Below, piece after piece: positions 37,320 through 49,792 of a stretch of 64,000 nt of DNA. The notes under the pieces were generated by a model. The model was not told where the DNA came from, did not search any database, and worked only from the letters and a program-made list of their open reading frames with translations. The position numbers and the translations under genes were made by a program. The stretch is from Diadema antillarum. Its lineage: Eukaryota. Position 1 is the first letter of the stretch. Every line of letters starts with the position of its first letter. The DNA is taken from NCBI RefSeq assembly GCF_040938485.1, contig NW_027271478.1, positions 1,054,001-1,118,000 on the forward strand. Reading direction: 5' to 3'.

Positions 37320-38011
37320 GGTGTCATGACATTTGCTCCTGCGACGGTTGCTGCTGCTCCTGTCTTGTTTTCCCCGAGGACTTGGGTTAGGGTACTTTGT
37401 GATAGGATTTTAAGCTTGGTTTGATGTGAGGACTAGATACGGTTGCAGGGTTATAAGAATGTTGTTGTCAAGTTGTTTTATAGAAAGAAAGAAGAGAGAA
37501 AAAAATGGGGCCCTATACAAATAATTTGCCCCAGACAGCACTTAACATAAAACAGACATAATAAATCTTAGAAAAGTAGAAACAAGATTATTTATATGTA
37601 TGTACCAAGTCTCCACGAGGGAGCTCATAGGACTATTGTCTCCACAAAGGAGCTAATTAGGTCTCCACGAGGGAGCTCATATAATATTTATGAATACCTC
37701 AAATTCTTTAGTTATGCAAACTCAAATTACTATACAATACACGCGCGCGTGTACCACAGATTGACTCACCCATGTGCACATACACTTACACACATACATC
37801 TCCAACCACGCACACACTTACTAATATCAGAGGTCAACCCAAAATGATATACAGTATTATTTTAGATAAACGCACACACAATGATGTAAAGTACAGAATA
37901 GGGAACATATAAGAATGTGCTTGAGAGTAGAATTTATGTTTCAGCAAATGGCTTAGCGTGCAATTATTTTATGGGAACAATAATTGTCGCAGGAGCAATT
38001 GCCCTGGAACC
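37320..38011. mobile_element. Older MULE-type MITE (family of 2249-2455) interrupted by a retroposon
   Basis: Arms ACATTTGCTCCTGCGAC / GTCGCAGGAGCAA, with flanks GATGTAAGT / GATTTAAAT (7 of 9 identical). Confidence 0.68.
37463..37907 (-). mobile_element. Short retroposon (SINE or truncated LINE 3' end) with 23-bp repeats
   Basis: 11-bp TSD TATAAGAATGT (37452-37462, 37908-37918) and about 3 GTCTCCACGAGGGAGCTCATA units. Homologous to 39602-40281. The orientation is inferred from the tail. Confidence 0.65.
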
Positions 38012-38874
38012 GATTTAAATAGGTCCTATAGCGTCGTCATGGTCACCCCACGACTCTGTGTGAGCCGTCCACCGAGGAACCGATTACCGTGGCATCTGTA
38101 TTCCACAAGCAGCTTTTGATTAATCCATGTTGGTTTCAATTAAACTGATTTACTGACGACGAACAGAAGGGAGATCAATCAAAACCTGACAAAGAACGAG
38201 AGAAAAAAAAAATGATTTTGCCTTTCGTTTCACCTAAAAATCAACTCAAAGCTTTTTTTATTATTATTTGAAATTGCTGATCTGGGTTTCATCATTAAAG
38301 TTAATGTTTAATAAAGCATTATGAAATCGTAAAATTTTGCTGATTCTTTAGTGGTTGCCAACGAACCAGAACATCAAATATCATTTTTTTTTTAATCAAG
38401 CAATTGTTCAGGGGCTCCAACCACCCATTAATTCTCGTCTAATAATAGTCATCTACCTTTTTCTATCTTTACACCAACGTGATTATTACACTTTCTCTCT
38501 CTATAATCTCCCTTCTCTACTGCATCACAGTGACTTCGTGTAGGGGTTTGTCCAGGCTGTTTGTTTCGGGTTATATAGTTAGGTTTCCGTGTCTTTGTTT
38601 GCTTCGTAATTCTACTTTTTATTCATGATAGTATCTCAATCATGAGTGATTTGTTGTATTACGTGTGGGGGGGGGGGATAACACACTCTACAAGCATTGC
38701 CTTTTATTAGCACTCGTCCCAATTTCCAGCATTTTCGTACACTCGCTTATTTTACATTTATGTGATTTATGTATTCAACTTTTGTAGAATATTTATATGT
38801 CTCTATATTGAAAATGGAAAAATGAATGAATGAATGCATGAAAGATGCCGTAAGGGCAAAAGTATGTCACGGAT

Positions 38875-39081
38875 GGCGACACGACATTATGCTCCTGCGA
38901 CAATTGTTCTGGTTTTGTTTTTTTCCAAGGACTTAGGGTTAGGGTAGTGGTAGGATTTTAGGTTTCATGTGAGGACTAGGATCAGGGTCAGGGTTATGTT
39001 CGTGGGCAGAATTTCTGTTTGGCTTGTAGCGTGCACATATTTCATGGGAGCAATTGTCGCAGGAGCAAATGTGGTGGAACC
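38875..39081. mobile_element. MULE-type MITE, duplicated copy of 2249-2455
   Basis: Same 9-bp TSD GTCACGGAT and same length, so it inserted before the duplication. Confidence 0.82.
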
Positions 39082-39601
39082 GTCACGGATAATTACCTCC
39101 TGCAGCTCTGTGCACAGACTGTCGCCCCACGATCAATAGAGGGCTCAATTTTTTAAATTTCCTTGTAACCATTCATGTTCAAGGTAATGTTGTCTATGCA
39201 TTGCTTCTAAAGGAAGAACCTTCAGTTTGACATTGACTAATGGAGTCCAAACTTCACAATGAACAGAGCTGTGGAGGGTTTATGTATATCATTATGTATA
39301 AATCTTTATTTCTACTAAAGCAGTGATATAAAAATTGTTCAAGATATCACATTTGAGGCATATGTGTAGGGCAGTTGTATCACAAAACATCCTACCATAT
39401 AATTATATATAATATATTGCAATTAAGCCTAAAATATAAGGAAACATCAAGATTTTTCTCAGTAAACCATAACTGTAGATGGTTTAGTCTGGAAACATTT
39501 TTATTAAAACTATTGTTGATATTTAGTGTATTTAACAATGCTTAACATCGCTTATACGGATTCAAATTTTCACAGTGGTTGCTCCTATCCCCAACGACTT
39601 A

Positions 39602-40281
39602 TGTTGTTATTTTAAAGATCGAAAGAAGAGAGAGAGAGAGAAATGGGGCCCTATACAAATAATTTGCCCCAGACAGCACTTATAACATAAAACAAACATT
39701 ATAGATCTTAAAGAGATATAAACAAGAATATTAAATGCATACCAAGTCTCCTCGAGGGAGCTCATATCGTCTCCACGAGGGAGCTCATATTGTCTCCACA
39801 AAGGAGCTCATAAAGTCTCCACGAGGGAGCTCATATTGTCTCCATAAAGGAGCTCATTACGTCTCCACGAGGGAGCTCATATGATATTGATGAATACCTC
39901 ATATTCTTCAGACAAACTCAAATAACTACACAATACACGCGCGCGTGTACTGCACACTAACTCATCCACGTGCACACACTCAACCACATACAGACACCTC
40001 CAACCACGCACAGACACACCCATATCATGGTTCAACCCAAAATAATGTACAGTACTTAAATAGAGCACACAAACAATGATATGTTTTTTTACAAAATAGA
40101 TAAAATTACTATAACTGTATCATTGTTTCGAAAGAAAGAAGAAGAAGAAAAAAAAATATATATACAGTGTTTATATCAAGGAGCTCTAAGGCGTTGATAC
40201 AGAAAAATATTTGCATATACAGAAAAATATTTGCATTGTTTATATCAAGGAGCTCTAAGGCGTTGATACAGAAAAATATTT
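39602..40281 (-). mobile_element. Retroposon with six 23-bp repeats
   Basis: TSD GACTTA (39596-39601, 40282-40287). Absent from duplication copy 1 near 2975. The repeat array spans ~39744-39880. Confidence 0.62.
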
Positions 40282-40934
40282 GACTTACTCACATTTTACA
40301 CTTATGTTCAAGCACTAATACCAGGTTTTTGTTTCATCTGAAAATGGTAAATTATGCCTTTAACATGGCGGTAATAGCAGTCAGATTATGTAGGTGACAA
40401 ATGCATGGCAGCTGTTTGTTTGCAGTCATATTGTTCAAACGTTTATCAACATTAAGCCAGGATAATAAAGGCTTTTTTATGATATTAATGACAGCTAGTT
40501 TGACAATCGGCAAGATGGTAAACATTGTACCAGCCGATGCCAGCCGTCGACAAGCAATATTGTGTGTGTGAGAGAGAGGGGGCGCTCTTCCGAGTAGTGT
40601 TCACAGCTGGCTGGCAGGGCCGGCGAGCATTGATTTCGTCTAGAGTTATGTCAATGATTTTCATTGACAAATTTGCTCTCAGCCATTCAGATACAAGGAT
40701 TTCGGTCGCTTAAAACAGTTGCCAATGATTGACAAATTTAATGAGATGCTGCCCTAGAATTGCCCACATTTCGCGAGTCGGTTGCTAATCTCGAATAAAG
40801 ACGGCCTCTGCAAAGTATTACAATTCATGAATGGATTATGTCATTATTTTTTTCCTACAGCCGGGTAACGAAGGATTCCATTCACCTGCTCCCTCCCATT
40901 ACGTGCCATACGTGTCATAAGCAGAAATTCACAA

Positions 40935-41107
40935 AGACCCCATTTACAGTGAGAGGCTCGGCCGCGGCTTGGCCGTGGCCGAGCCCGCCTTCATTTCAGT
41001 GTAAACGCGCAAAAGGCCAATGCGGGGCCAAAATTGGCCGCGCATTTGTCCACGCTCTGGAGGTGGTCTCGGCCAAGCCCGGCCTTTTCTCAGTGTAAAC
41101 GGGGTCT
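40935..41107. mobile_element. Harbinger-like MITE
   Basis: TIR AGACCCC(A/G)TTTACA(G/C)TGAGA with internal GGCCGAG/CTCGGCC palindromes. No clean TSD. Confidence 0.65.
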
Positions 41108-43150
41108 AGGTTGTTGCTAGGTAGGGCAGGCCTCCTGCAATCTTTGTAGGTGGTAAGGGCAATTTATGAACAAAGCATGCATAAAAGCTGAATACATTAC
41201 AACAGAACCGGTCTATCATGTCTATTGAACAACATGCGACAACATTAACTCTGATCCCAGTATGAATGTGACGTGCACGTGCGCATAATCACACACTGGT
41301 AGTCCACGTTACAGACTGTACATTTGTTGGTGCGTGATAATGCTTTAACATAACGAATTCTGCCACTTGCGAAATTGTCGGGAAGTCTCGACGCATGAAA
41401 AATTAGACTCGCTATATGCCTTAGATAATGTATTTCGACCTTTGATCATTTATCGACAGTTTACTAACTATCAATATGTTTTCTTACGTTTTGGAATGCG
41501 TTATGATTTAGAACGAATTTCACTACATAGTAAATGAAGAAAAATATCGCAGGAAAAGGAATTAAAATTAAATTTGCCTATATTCATGGTCAACACTAAA
41601 ATGTCCCTACGTCAGAGCCTGGTTCGGCGATTTGCACGACAGACGCTTGTCAGCGCAAGAATCACTGCACAAAGCGTGATTCGTTGCTTTTATGATTTAT
41701 TTCTGCTTTATATTACCTTTTCATTGGCATTCATAAATTTTTGAGATATTTTGAGAGGTAAAATTTTAATTTTATCATTCCAAAGTGGAGTCCACTAATA
41801 CACTGCCACTGATTTTTAAACCGCGGGTTTGCATCAATGCTCAAAATATCCCAGATGTTTTAACCTCTGAAGAGGGTATGAATGTTTGAATAACAATGAG
41901 TGATCATGGTAGAAGTTGATAATCAGAAAGATTGTCCGCTTACTGCAAGAGTTTCTATCCCGCAAGCGATTATATGATATTTTAATGTTCGTCTACAAGT
42001 TGTGTTCCTCCCCCCCCCCCCACCCCGAATTGGATCCGTCTTCTATCACTGTTAGTTCTCATCTCCTTGATAACCCTTTTCACGACCCAGCGAACGAAGG
42101 TTACCGAACAATTTGTTCATGCTCTGCTCATGCACTTCACATTAACCGAAATTTGACCAAGATCGCTGAATCCCCTCGCAGCTCACATAGTTTTGATTAA
42201 CATTTAAGTGTTCATGGTTATTATTATTGTTGCTCTTGTTTTCTATGCAAAGTGACTTGATTCAGCATCTTATACGCCGCGTACTGCCAAGAAGCATTCA
42301 ATTTGAGTTTAGCGTAGTGAGCCGCAACAGACCACATTGTCGAGAACGGAAAACGGTGGTTCGTACACGATGTCCATTCTCTCGGTGCTTCTATCTGGAG
42401 GTCAACGTCACAATAACTATACGGCTTTTCTGAGGAGAATTTAAGTCTGCCGTGAATATCGACGACCTGATTGTACACTAGATCTACCCGATATGGTATT
42501 TATGGTGATGGGCCCGATCCATTAGTCCTGAATTATGTATTGTTTGACGAATATCGAGTCACTTGTGCCCTAGTGGCCGAGAAAATAATTGTGCTCCTAG
42601 CAAATAGACCAGACGACAATAAAAGAGTCTATGGCGGAAAACTCCAAAGCCTGATCGCTGTATCTCTCGAGAACTAGCTGCTGAGAACGACGCGACATCT
42701 CGAAGGACGTCCGCGTCCATTTTCTCCCCTCTCTCTCCGGCCATGTATCATCATGCTGACCACTGCACACATGCACAGGTATGATTTATTTCACTTCTCC
42801 AGCTCATGCGAAAAAGCGAGAGAAACACATAATTTTTATGCGTGCTTTTCTGGGCATTTATTTATCCGAGAAACACCTTTTAGTACGGTGAGACGGTATG
42901 GCCGATGAGAATCTGCGAGGCAGACACTACGTGCTCTACATAGGTCCATGCATGTAAAGAAGTAGAGCAGCAACGCTCGCTTTCAATGAAATATTAAGAG
43001 AGAGTGTCAAATAGGGTTGTTCTGCAATAATTGTATTTACATTTTATTCATGCTTTGCTCACAAAAGTTGCCCTTAACAACCTCAAAGCTTTCCCTACTA
43101 GGTATCAACTAAGCGAATTCCTGTTTATGGAACTTACTGGGAGGGAGCAG

Positions 43151-43317
43151 GTGAATTGTAGACTGTAGGAAAAGAAAAATCCATTAATTTTGAGAATGCA
43201 AAAATCACGGGACTATTGGAAAAGGGCCAGTTCATGCATGGTTGAAGCGCCTCCCTGGTTGAAGGCAGTGCGCACCCAGAGACACACACACATACACCCT
43301 CATAAACACACACACAC

Positions 43318-43348
<31 letters not shown>

Positions 43349-43743
43349 GAAACAACCGGACCGAAAATCATTTCGAGTTATTTTAAAAGGATGACACACT
43401 TTGCGCCGCGGTTCTATCCCATTCGATAGGCACACGCGTTCAAAACGCTTAGATTCTCTCCGTGTTGTGGATTGCTAGATATCCATGCCTACCTATACTA
43501 TCTAGTTATACATGTACCTGCATAATTACATACAACTGCTACGTATGCCACTCTCTCGTGCTTCGTGCATTATTAGAAGTGTCATTTTTTTATCAAGAGC
43601 CTGTTGTATATGAGTAACATCGTTTTGATGTCTGAGAAACTTTCACAATTTTATTAATGTCTTTTACTGCGTTGCTTTCATTTCAGCTACGTGACTAACT
43701 ACGCTCGTAACTTGTTTAATTCTTCCCTCTTGTCCATCCTCAG
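43151..43743 (+). other. Predicted 5'-UTR intron of SLC35G copy 2
   Basis: The donor is GGAGCAG|GTGAAT, conserved at 53372. The acceptor is a pyrimidine tract + CAG|CATG right before the ATG, conserved in all three plus-strand copies. Confidence 0.55.
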
Positions 43744-43744
43744 C

Positions 43745-44920
43745 ATGTCGGAGTTTGAGAAGAACACGGGAGGAGGAGAAGGAGGAGGAGGAAGAGGAGG
43801 ACGAGGACGAGGAGGACGAGGAGAAGCAAAAGCCGATGACTTCACTGCGCCACTGTCCGGCCATGTTGCGCCTGAACAACACAGGAGAACAGGGAAACAG
43901 TTTAGTTCTGTAGAGGAACGAACACAACTTTTCAGCGTCGATCATGAGAAACCCACTACTTCGCAGAAAATGACATCACATCATTGGGTCAGGGGAAACA
44001 TCCTATATCAATACAGAGGGATATTTTTAGCCTTTGCAGCTGTATTTTTTTACCTGATTCTTCAGTTGATGACCAAGCAGCTGGCGGGCAGGGTTTCTTC
44101 CAACGCGTTGAACGCTTATTTTAGCGTCATGTTAGCTGCCTCGTCGGCACCAATATTGATCTGGAACAAATTGTCGCTTTCAAACATCCGAAGGAAAGCT
44201 TGGGCATTTCTGATGATACGGGGACTGTCTGGAGCCTTTGGATTCCTGTGCTACTTCAAGGCTTTTCAACTGCTCGAGCTATCCACTGCCAATTCGTTGA
44301 TCCTCACTTCACCTCTATTCACTATTGCCTTCGAGCGCGTGTGCGTCAAAGAGAGTTGCTCCGTTGTCAAGGTGATTTGCTCATTCGGTACCGTGGCTGG
44401 TATCATCTTTGTTATGCAGCCACCTGTTCTCTTTGGCGCCGCCGGCAACCAGGGCACCGCGGACACGTGGTTGGGAGCCGTGATGGCCCTCTCCGTGGCC
44501 GTGCTCAACGCGATTGCGTACGTCATCCAGAAGCCGATCTCCAACATGAAAGTTCATGCGCAGCTTATCGTGTTCATCTTCGCCTGCATTGCCTCTATAG
44601 TGAGCTCAGCCACGACGACGGCACTCGCGGACTGGAGCGTCCCACGATGCGGAAGGGATCGCGTGCTCGTTCTGCTGATCGGGATCCTAGGCTGTCTGGG
44701 AGTTCATGCCACGACTCTGGCTCTAGAGGTAGAAAGTGCAGGATCATTCAACATTATTCGCACGAGCTCTGTCTTTTTCGCCTTTATCCTGGATGTCGTG
44801 ATACTGCGAGAGGCCCCCAATGGCTTCGCAATATTCGGGGCTTGTCTGATAGTGGGCAGCGCCGTTGGGAATGTCACGGCATCGTGTTTGAAAATGAGAT
44901 CCGACGGGAAAAACTCCTGA
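43745..44920 (+). CDS. SLC35G1: SLC35G1-like transporter, 391 aa (copy 2)
   Basis: The ATG at 43745 is homologous to the starts of copies 3 and 4 (the track start at 43691 is GTG). Motifs include LMIRGLSGAFGFLCYFKAFQLL, TSPLFTIAFERVCVKE, FVMQPP and CGRDR. There is a G/E/R-rich N-terminal expansion and AATAAA at 45028. Confidence 0.92.
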   Translation: MSEFEKNTGGGEGGGGRGGRGRGGRGEAKADDFTAPLSGHVAPEQHRRTGKQFSSVEERTQLFSVDHEKPTTSQKMTSHHWVRGNILYQYRGIFLAFAAVFFYLILQLMTKQLAGRVSSNALNAYFSVMLAASSAPILIWNKLSLSNIRRKAWAFLMIRGLSGAFGFLCYFKAFQLLELSTANSLILTSPLFTIAFERVCVKESCSVVKVICSFGTVAGIIFVMQPPVLFGAAGNQGTADTWLGAVMALSVAVLNAIAYVIQKPISNMKVHAQLIVFIFACIASIVSSATTTALADWSVPRCGRDRVLVLLIGILGCLGVHATTLALEVESAGSFNIIRTSSVFFAFILDVVILREAPNGFAIFGACLIVGSAVGNVTASCLKMRSDGKNS

Positions 44921-45554
44921 TAAAAAATGAGAGTCTCAAAACCACCGAATGACACTGTAAACACGGATCCTCTAAGCAACTGTGCATAAAGTATAACAAG
45001 ATCAGCAAAAAGGAAGTCATGTACCACAATAAATCTCTTATAGTCAGTCGTTTGTATAGTTGCAATAACTGAACTTTATTGTTTCTTTATACCGCTTGTT
45101 TGCACTTTCATTATTGTGCGAGAGGGCCTGTGGTAAAGAGGAAAATGATCTTCGTGGAGCCTCCATGTATAAAAGTTTAATGTTCGGATCCTCCCAAATG
45201 TCCTTGTTTACGTCCATTGACAAAACATATTTGAGCATGTGCTCGTCTTGAAACATTTCGTTATACAGGCAGGTCGCCTGGCTACGCTGCATGGGCTAAT
45301 GATGAAAATCTGTTTTAAGGTGCTGAGAATCCAGTGCTGATATTAAAAAAAGATTACTTTGGGTGAAAGATTATCATCAACATTATCTATACGTACGTTG
45401 CCACATTTTAAAAACTTTCGTCAATATCCATATTCCCTGAGATATACGTATCTGTACTAAAACTGAAAATACAAGGTCTATCACACTATTCTCAAACTCT
45501 TAACAACAATGTGGTAAAGACCGTTTAAGAGCAAATGTCAGAATTATCGATGAA

Positions 45555-46480
45555 TAATTATATAATACTGGATGGCCTTGAGGTTAATGTAAGGAAATAT
45601 TGAACGAGCTATGCACAAATATTGGACGAGTCGAAGACGAGTCCAATGTTTTGCTTAGCGAGTCCAATATTCCCTTGTATTGACCGAAAATAGGACATCC
45701 AATATTATCATTATTATCCTACAGAGGATTTTAGCAAAGAATCTTTGCAAGATCGGGTTTGTCAAGCTGTTCGAAATCGGTATCTAAGTTTTTATCACGC
45801 AGATAAATCTTTGAATACACTCACCGAGATCTTGGTGGCTTTGTGCGTATTCCCACTGTCTTTTTTATCTAGAAGTTTTTCATAATCCTCTGCATCCAGA
45901 TCTGCAAATCTTCGACGAGCTGTACATCTATCCATGGTAGCCGCCATGTTACTGTTAGGCCGAGATCTAGCTAATTTAGACCAGAATTAGATGTTCTTGT
46001 ATCCGAGATCTGAGACACAATTCACGTCACATCTACCGTAAATCGTGAAAGATAGAATTAACACATAACGTAATATGCATGCAAATGCAAGCGGCGGCCG
46101 GCTATATGTATTTGTATATCGCGGGCTATCTAGCAGTAGCGCTGAGCTGATCGATCGTCGCCTGCACAAAAAATGCAACTTGTTTTCATCAAACCTGAAT
46201 TTAATTTCCTGTTATGAAAGTGATATTTTGAAAAATTGTATGAAAAACAATTTTAACTAAGTGATATATGAAATTTGTTTGTAGAAACACAGAATTTTGG
46301 AAAACGATAATTTTATTAATTCGTGATTGACCAATCACAGACGTTTTTCCTTCAGATTTTGGGTCATCTCTTTTATCTCAATCAATCACGGTGCAGTTTA
46401 TAAAAACTTTCGGGAATCCCCCTCTTGCCGTCCAATATTTTAAATATTGGTCGCCTCGGCAAAAAAAAAAAAAAAATATT
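45555..46480 (-). mobile_element. Non-autonomous Crypton-like element with N-terminal coding remnant
   Basis: From the ATG at 45947 (minus): MAATMDRCTARRRFADLDAEDYEKLLDKKDSGNTHKATKISVSVFKD, then a frameshift, then YLRDKNLDTDFEQLDKPDLAKILC. This resembles Crypton N-termini (RF...NT.K.T....VF). The end motif is GACGAGTCGAAGACGAGTC. The segment is absent from the paralogous flank of copy 4. Boundaries are approximate. Confidence 0.62.
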
Positions 46481-46839
46481 GGTCGAGTTCAACAAACTTT
46501 CTAAGTGGCTCGGAGGTTATGAGGTGCGTCGACAAAATAACACTTGTATTTGGGCTCTAAAAATCCTCTGTATGGATAATAATGATTGTTATTTGACTAG
46601 TGACGATTGCCGTCTTTTGCCTATATACGACTAGTAATGTAAGTTGGCCCCAGTAGCTCCATCCCCTCACGCCTTCCGTGAATGTAAGCAGAAGAATATA
46701 ATCTTATTAACCAGTTAGGCCTACTGTTCGTAGAACTATTTCAAAGTTGGCAAATGGTAGACCAGTAAACTATATTCCGTCGCGAATGGTCAGATGGTTG
46801 ACTCCCGTCATGTTTCGACGAGAAAAGTGATATCCATAA

Positions 46840-47931
46840 AGGCAGTGTCACACCTTTCCGGGCAAGCTACGCGGGCTTCTTGTGATTAGGAATATTCCAG
46901 CACGCAGGAGAATTTCCGCGGGTGGACAAGAATACTTGCGATTTTCTTACCTGCTAGACGCGTGCTACTTACCTTCTACTTGCGTGTATTCCGTGTGACC
47001 TACGTGAGAGCTTTGAAACCGAGCCGTTTTCTGTTACGAGCGACTTACGTGTACTGAGAAGTACCTGCGCTGGAGTGGCCTGAGAACTGCTGCCGGTAAG
47101 GATCTTCTACTGGTGTTCTGCGTGTACCTCTGCGAGCGAACCCCCACGACCCACTCGGAACAAGTTTTGAGCATGCTCAAGGCCTTGTCATACCATATGT
47201 TGGGAAGTTTTGCCGCTTAACTTGCGGGTAAACAAATTTGCTAGCCGGAGCTTTCCGCAGTTGGTCCGCACGTGACAGTACCTTGCGCGTATCTCGCCTG
47301 TAGTTGCCCGGAGGTGTGCACGCAAGTCCGATTTAACCGCAGCCAAGTTTTGAGCATGACCAAAACTTTTTTTCTGGGTGAGTCGCGGGGATGCCCGGAG
47401 AGGTCCACGCAGAACGCCCTGTAGGAGGCCGTTAGCGGCAACACCTCGCAGGCAACTCCCACGCAGGTACTTCGCAGTCCCAATATGCAGTCAAGATAAT
47501 GACATTCTGTGGGACTTCTGCCATGCCTTCACAGGAATTCCTTCACAGGAATTCCTTCAGTGAGTTGTCAGCCCCCACGCGCCTGGGACACAGGTAACAC
47601 AGTATACCCGCAAGTAGAATTTAAGTGGAACGCGTCCAGCAAGTAAGACACATTGCACTGACTCGCCCAAATCCTTGTCCTCCCTCAGATATTGTTCGGT
47701 ATGCTGGAAAATCCCTACACGAAACAACCCAGCGTAGCTTGCCCGGAAAGGTGTGGTAGGCCTAAACATGGTTGCGGGTAAAAATATTTGCCTGCGCACC
47801 TCCGGGCGACTACGGGTTAGATACGTGCTACGTACTGTAATGTGCGGGCCATCTGCGGGGACCTCCGGGTAGCAAAAATTGTTCTTTGCAGGTCGCACGC
47901 AAGGCTTGCTCGGAAAGGTGTGACACTGCCT
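46840..47931. mobile_element. PIF/Harbinger non-autonomous element (1092 bp)
   Basis: TIR AGGCAGTGTCACACCTTTCCG and TSD TAA. The empty site TATCCA-TAA-GAATT is visible in the paralogous flank at ~55580-55595. Confidence 0.9.
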
Positions 47932-47961
47932 TAAGAATTATTGCAGCAAGCGCAATATATA

Positions 47962-47996
<35 letters not shown>

Positions 47997-48349
47997 AAAC
48001 GAAGAATAAATCGGTAATGCAATATTTCGCCAATATATTGGAAAGAATGAGTTTCTTTCTTATATATTGGCGAAATATTGCATTACCGGTTTATTCTTCG
48101 TTACATTGGAGCCAATACGTGAATTCGCAACATATATGTATATGTCATTCTCAACAATTCCATCTAATTGCGATTTTGTGTTTTGTGTTGGTAGAAGTAT
48201 AGAGTACAATTATGTTCTGCGTTAATGTAAGGATGAAGTCTTCCGCAATATGCTGTTAGAGGGAAAAACCCAACAACGACAACAACAACAAAATATGGAT
48301 TTTTTTTCATAAATCAAGTTTCGCCAACAATCTTGATTTTGATCATTAA

Positions 48350-48910
48350 AAGGGATGGTATGCTTTTGGTTGAGATGGGGCTTCAGGTTTCCAACTATTT
48401 GTGAGATACTGATGAGGAACCTATATTATGAAATATGAAAGAGCGTACAATTCTATGAGGAATTTAAAGTAAAGTTAAGTAAAATTGGTTTTTGAAATGA
48501 CCGAGTCTTCCAAAACCGAAGAGTTTCTGTAAAGGTGGGACCCACCTTTCATTAGGATCAGTTCGTTTTACTTCGTCGTTGTTCGTGCATAGTTTGATAT
48601 CCATGGGCGTCGCGGGGGGGGGGGGGGGAGGGAGGTGGAGGGTGCGTTGGTGTGGTGCGAACGCAGCCCCCTTCAGACCCTAAAAGAGTTTTACTGATCA
48701 AGAGAACCCTTTTTTTTTGTTTCTTTTTTTTTTTATTTGCTTCTCAGCTGAAGAAACCCGGAAGTGGAGTCAGAAAGTTGCGCTAAAGGTCCCTCCATTT
48801 ATTTATTTGATTATTCTTTGTTGTTGCTTGCTGGCTGATGAAACTCGGAAGTGGAACCAGAAATATAACGCACCCCCCCCCCCCCTTGAAATAAGCTGGT
48901 GACGCCCCTG
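48350..48910. mobile_element. Partial Kolobok MITE interrupted by a G/C-tract element with CATGGGCGTC...GACGCCCCTG ends
   Basis: The same composite occurs at ~55816-56372. The G/C-tract element spans 48602-48910 with flanks ATATC. Confidence 0.55.
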
Positions 48911-48965
48911 ATATCTTTTTAATGATATAACTTTACTTATCATTGTCTCAGTATGTACTGTACTC

Positions 48966-49004
48966 TACACTGACGAAGGCCTGAGGCAGGCTGAAAATTT
49001 TGTA
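48966..49004 (+). ncRNA. Minimal type-I hammerhead-like motif in a Penelope-type terminal fragment
   Basis: TACA-CTGACGA-AGGCCTG(AGG)CAGGCT-GAA-AATT-T-TGTA. Both core boxes are present, with a hairpin stem II, a palindromic stem III (AATT) and a 4-bp stem I, followed by AATAAA. Confidence 0.5.
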
Positions 49005-49338
49005 ATAAAAAAAAAAACACATTCTTGTTGCATCCATGGCGTATTTGAGACTCGTTCTTATAATTACAACATTCGAAGTCCAACACGTGGAAAGTTCCAT
49101 GATATTATATATTATATATTCATTCTCTGCTTATTTACATCTGAAATCAGGGGTGACGGTTCATGTACAATTCTTATTTTTCTATTTTTTATCGTGTTTA
49201 TGAGAGGTGTTTCGTGCATGTTACGATTTTTTTTTTCTTTTTTGGAAAAGCGCCAGTTCATGCATGGTTGAAGAGCCTCGCTGGTTGAAGGCAATGCGCA
49301 CTCGCAGGCACACAAGCACACTCACGCATTAAAACACA

Positions 49339-49387
<49 letters not shown>

Positions 49388-49792
49388 CCAGAAACAACCA
49401 GACCGAAAATTATTTTGAGTCATTTTTGTATTCCCTCAGGGAGGATCTTGACACACTACACAAACCATACGCCACGGTTCCATCCCATTCACAGGCACAC
49501 ATTAAATTTTACGTATTAGGGAGTGTATGATATCCTCGCATACCTTTATACTATTTATGTTACACCTGCATTCTGCATACAACTGCTACGTATGCCACAT
49601 TCTCGTGTTTTGTGCATTTGATATCAGAAGTGTCATTTTTGATCGAGAGCCTGTTGTATGTAAGTAATATCGTTTTGATGTCTGTGAAACTTATACTATT
49701 TTAAGAATGTCTTTTATGCGTTGCTTTCATGTTTAGCCAGGTGATTATCTCTTCTCGTCACTGGTTGTCTCAATTCTTTCTACCTCCCCAGC

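Larger units (their letters stand above)
38597..41057 (+). repeat. Segmental duplication, copy 2 (paralog 1961-3748)
   Basis: Colinear match. It lacks the LTR insertion and has an extra ~680-bp retroposon. Confidence 0.93.

Noticed and set aside
39744-39880. CRISPR-like 23-bp repeats
   Set aside because: The units are directly tandem without spacers and lie inside a TSD-flanked retroposon.
43691-43744. GTG-initiated N-terminal extension of copy 2
   Set aside because: It is not open in copies 3 and 4 and overlaps the predicted acceptor tract.
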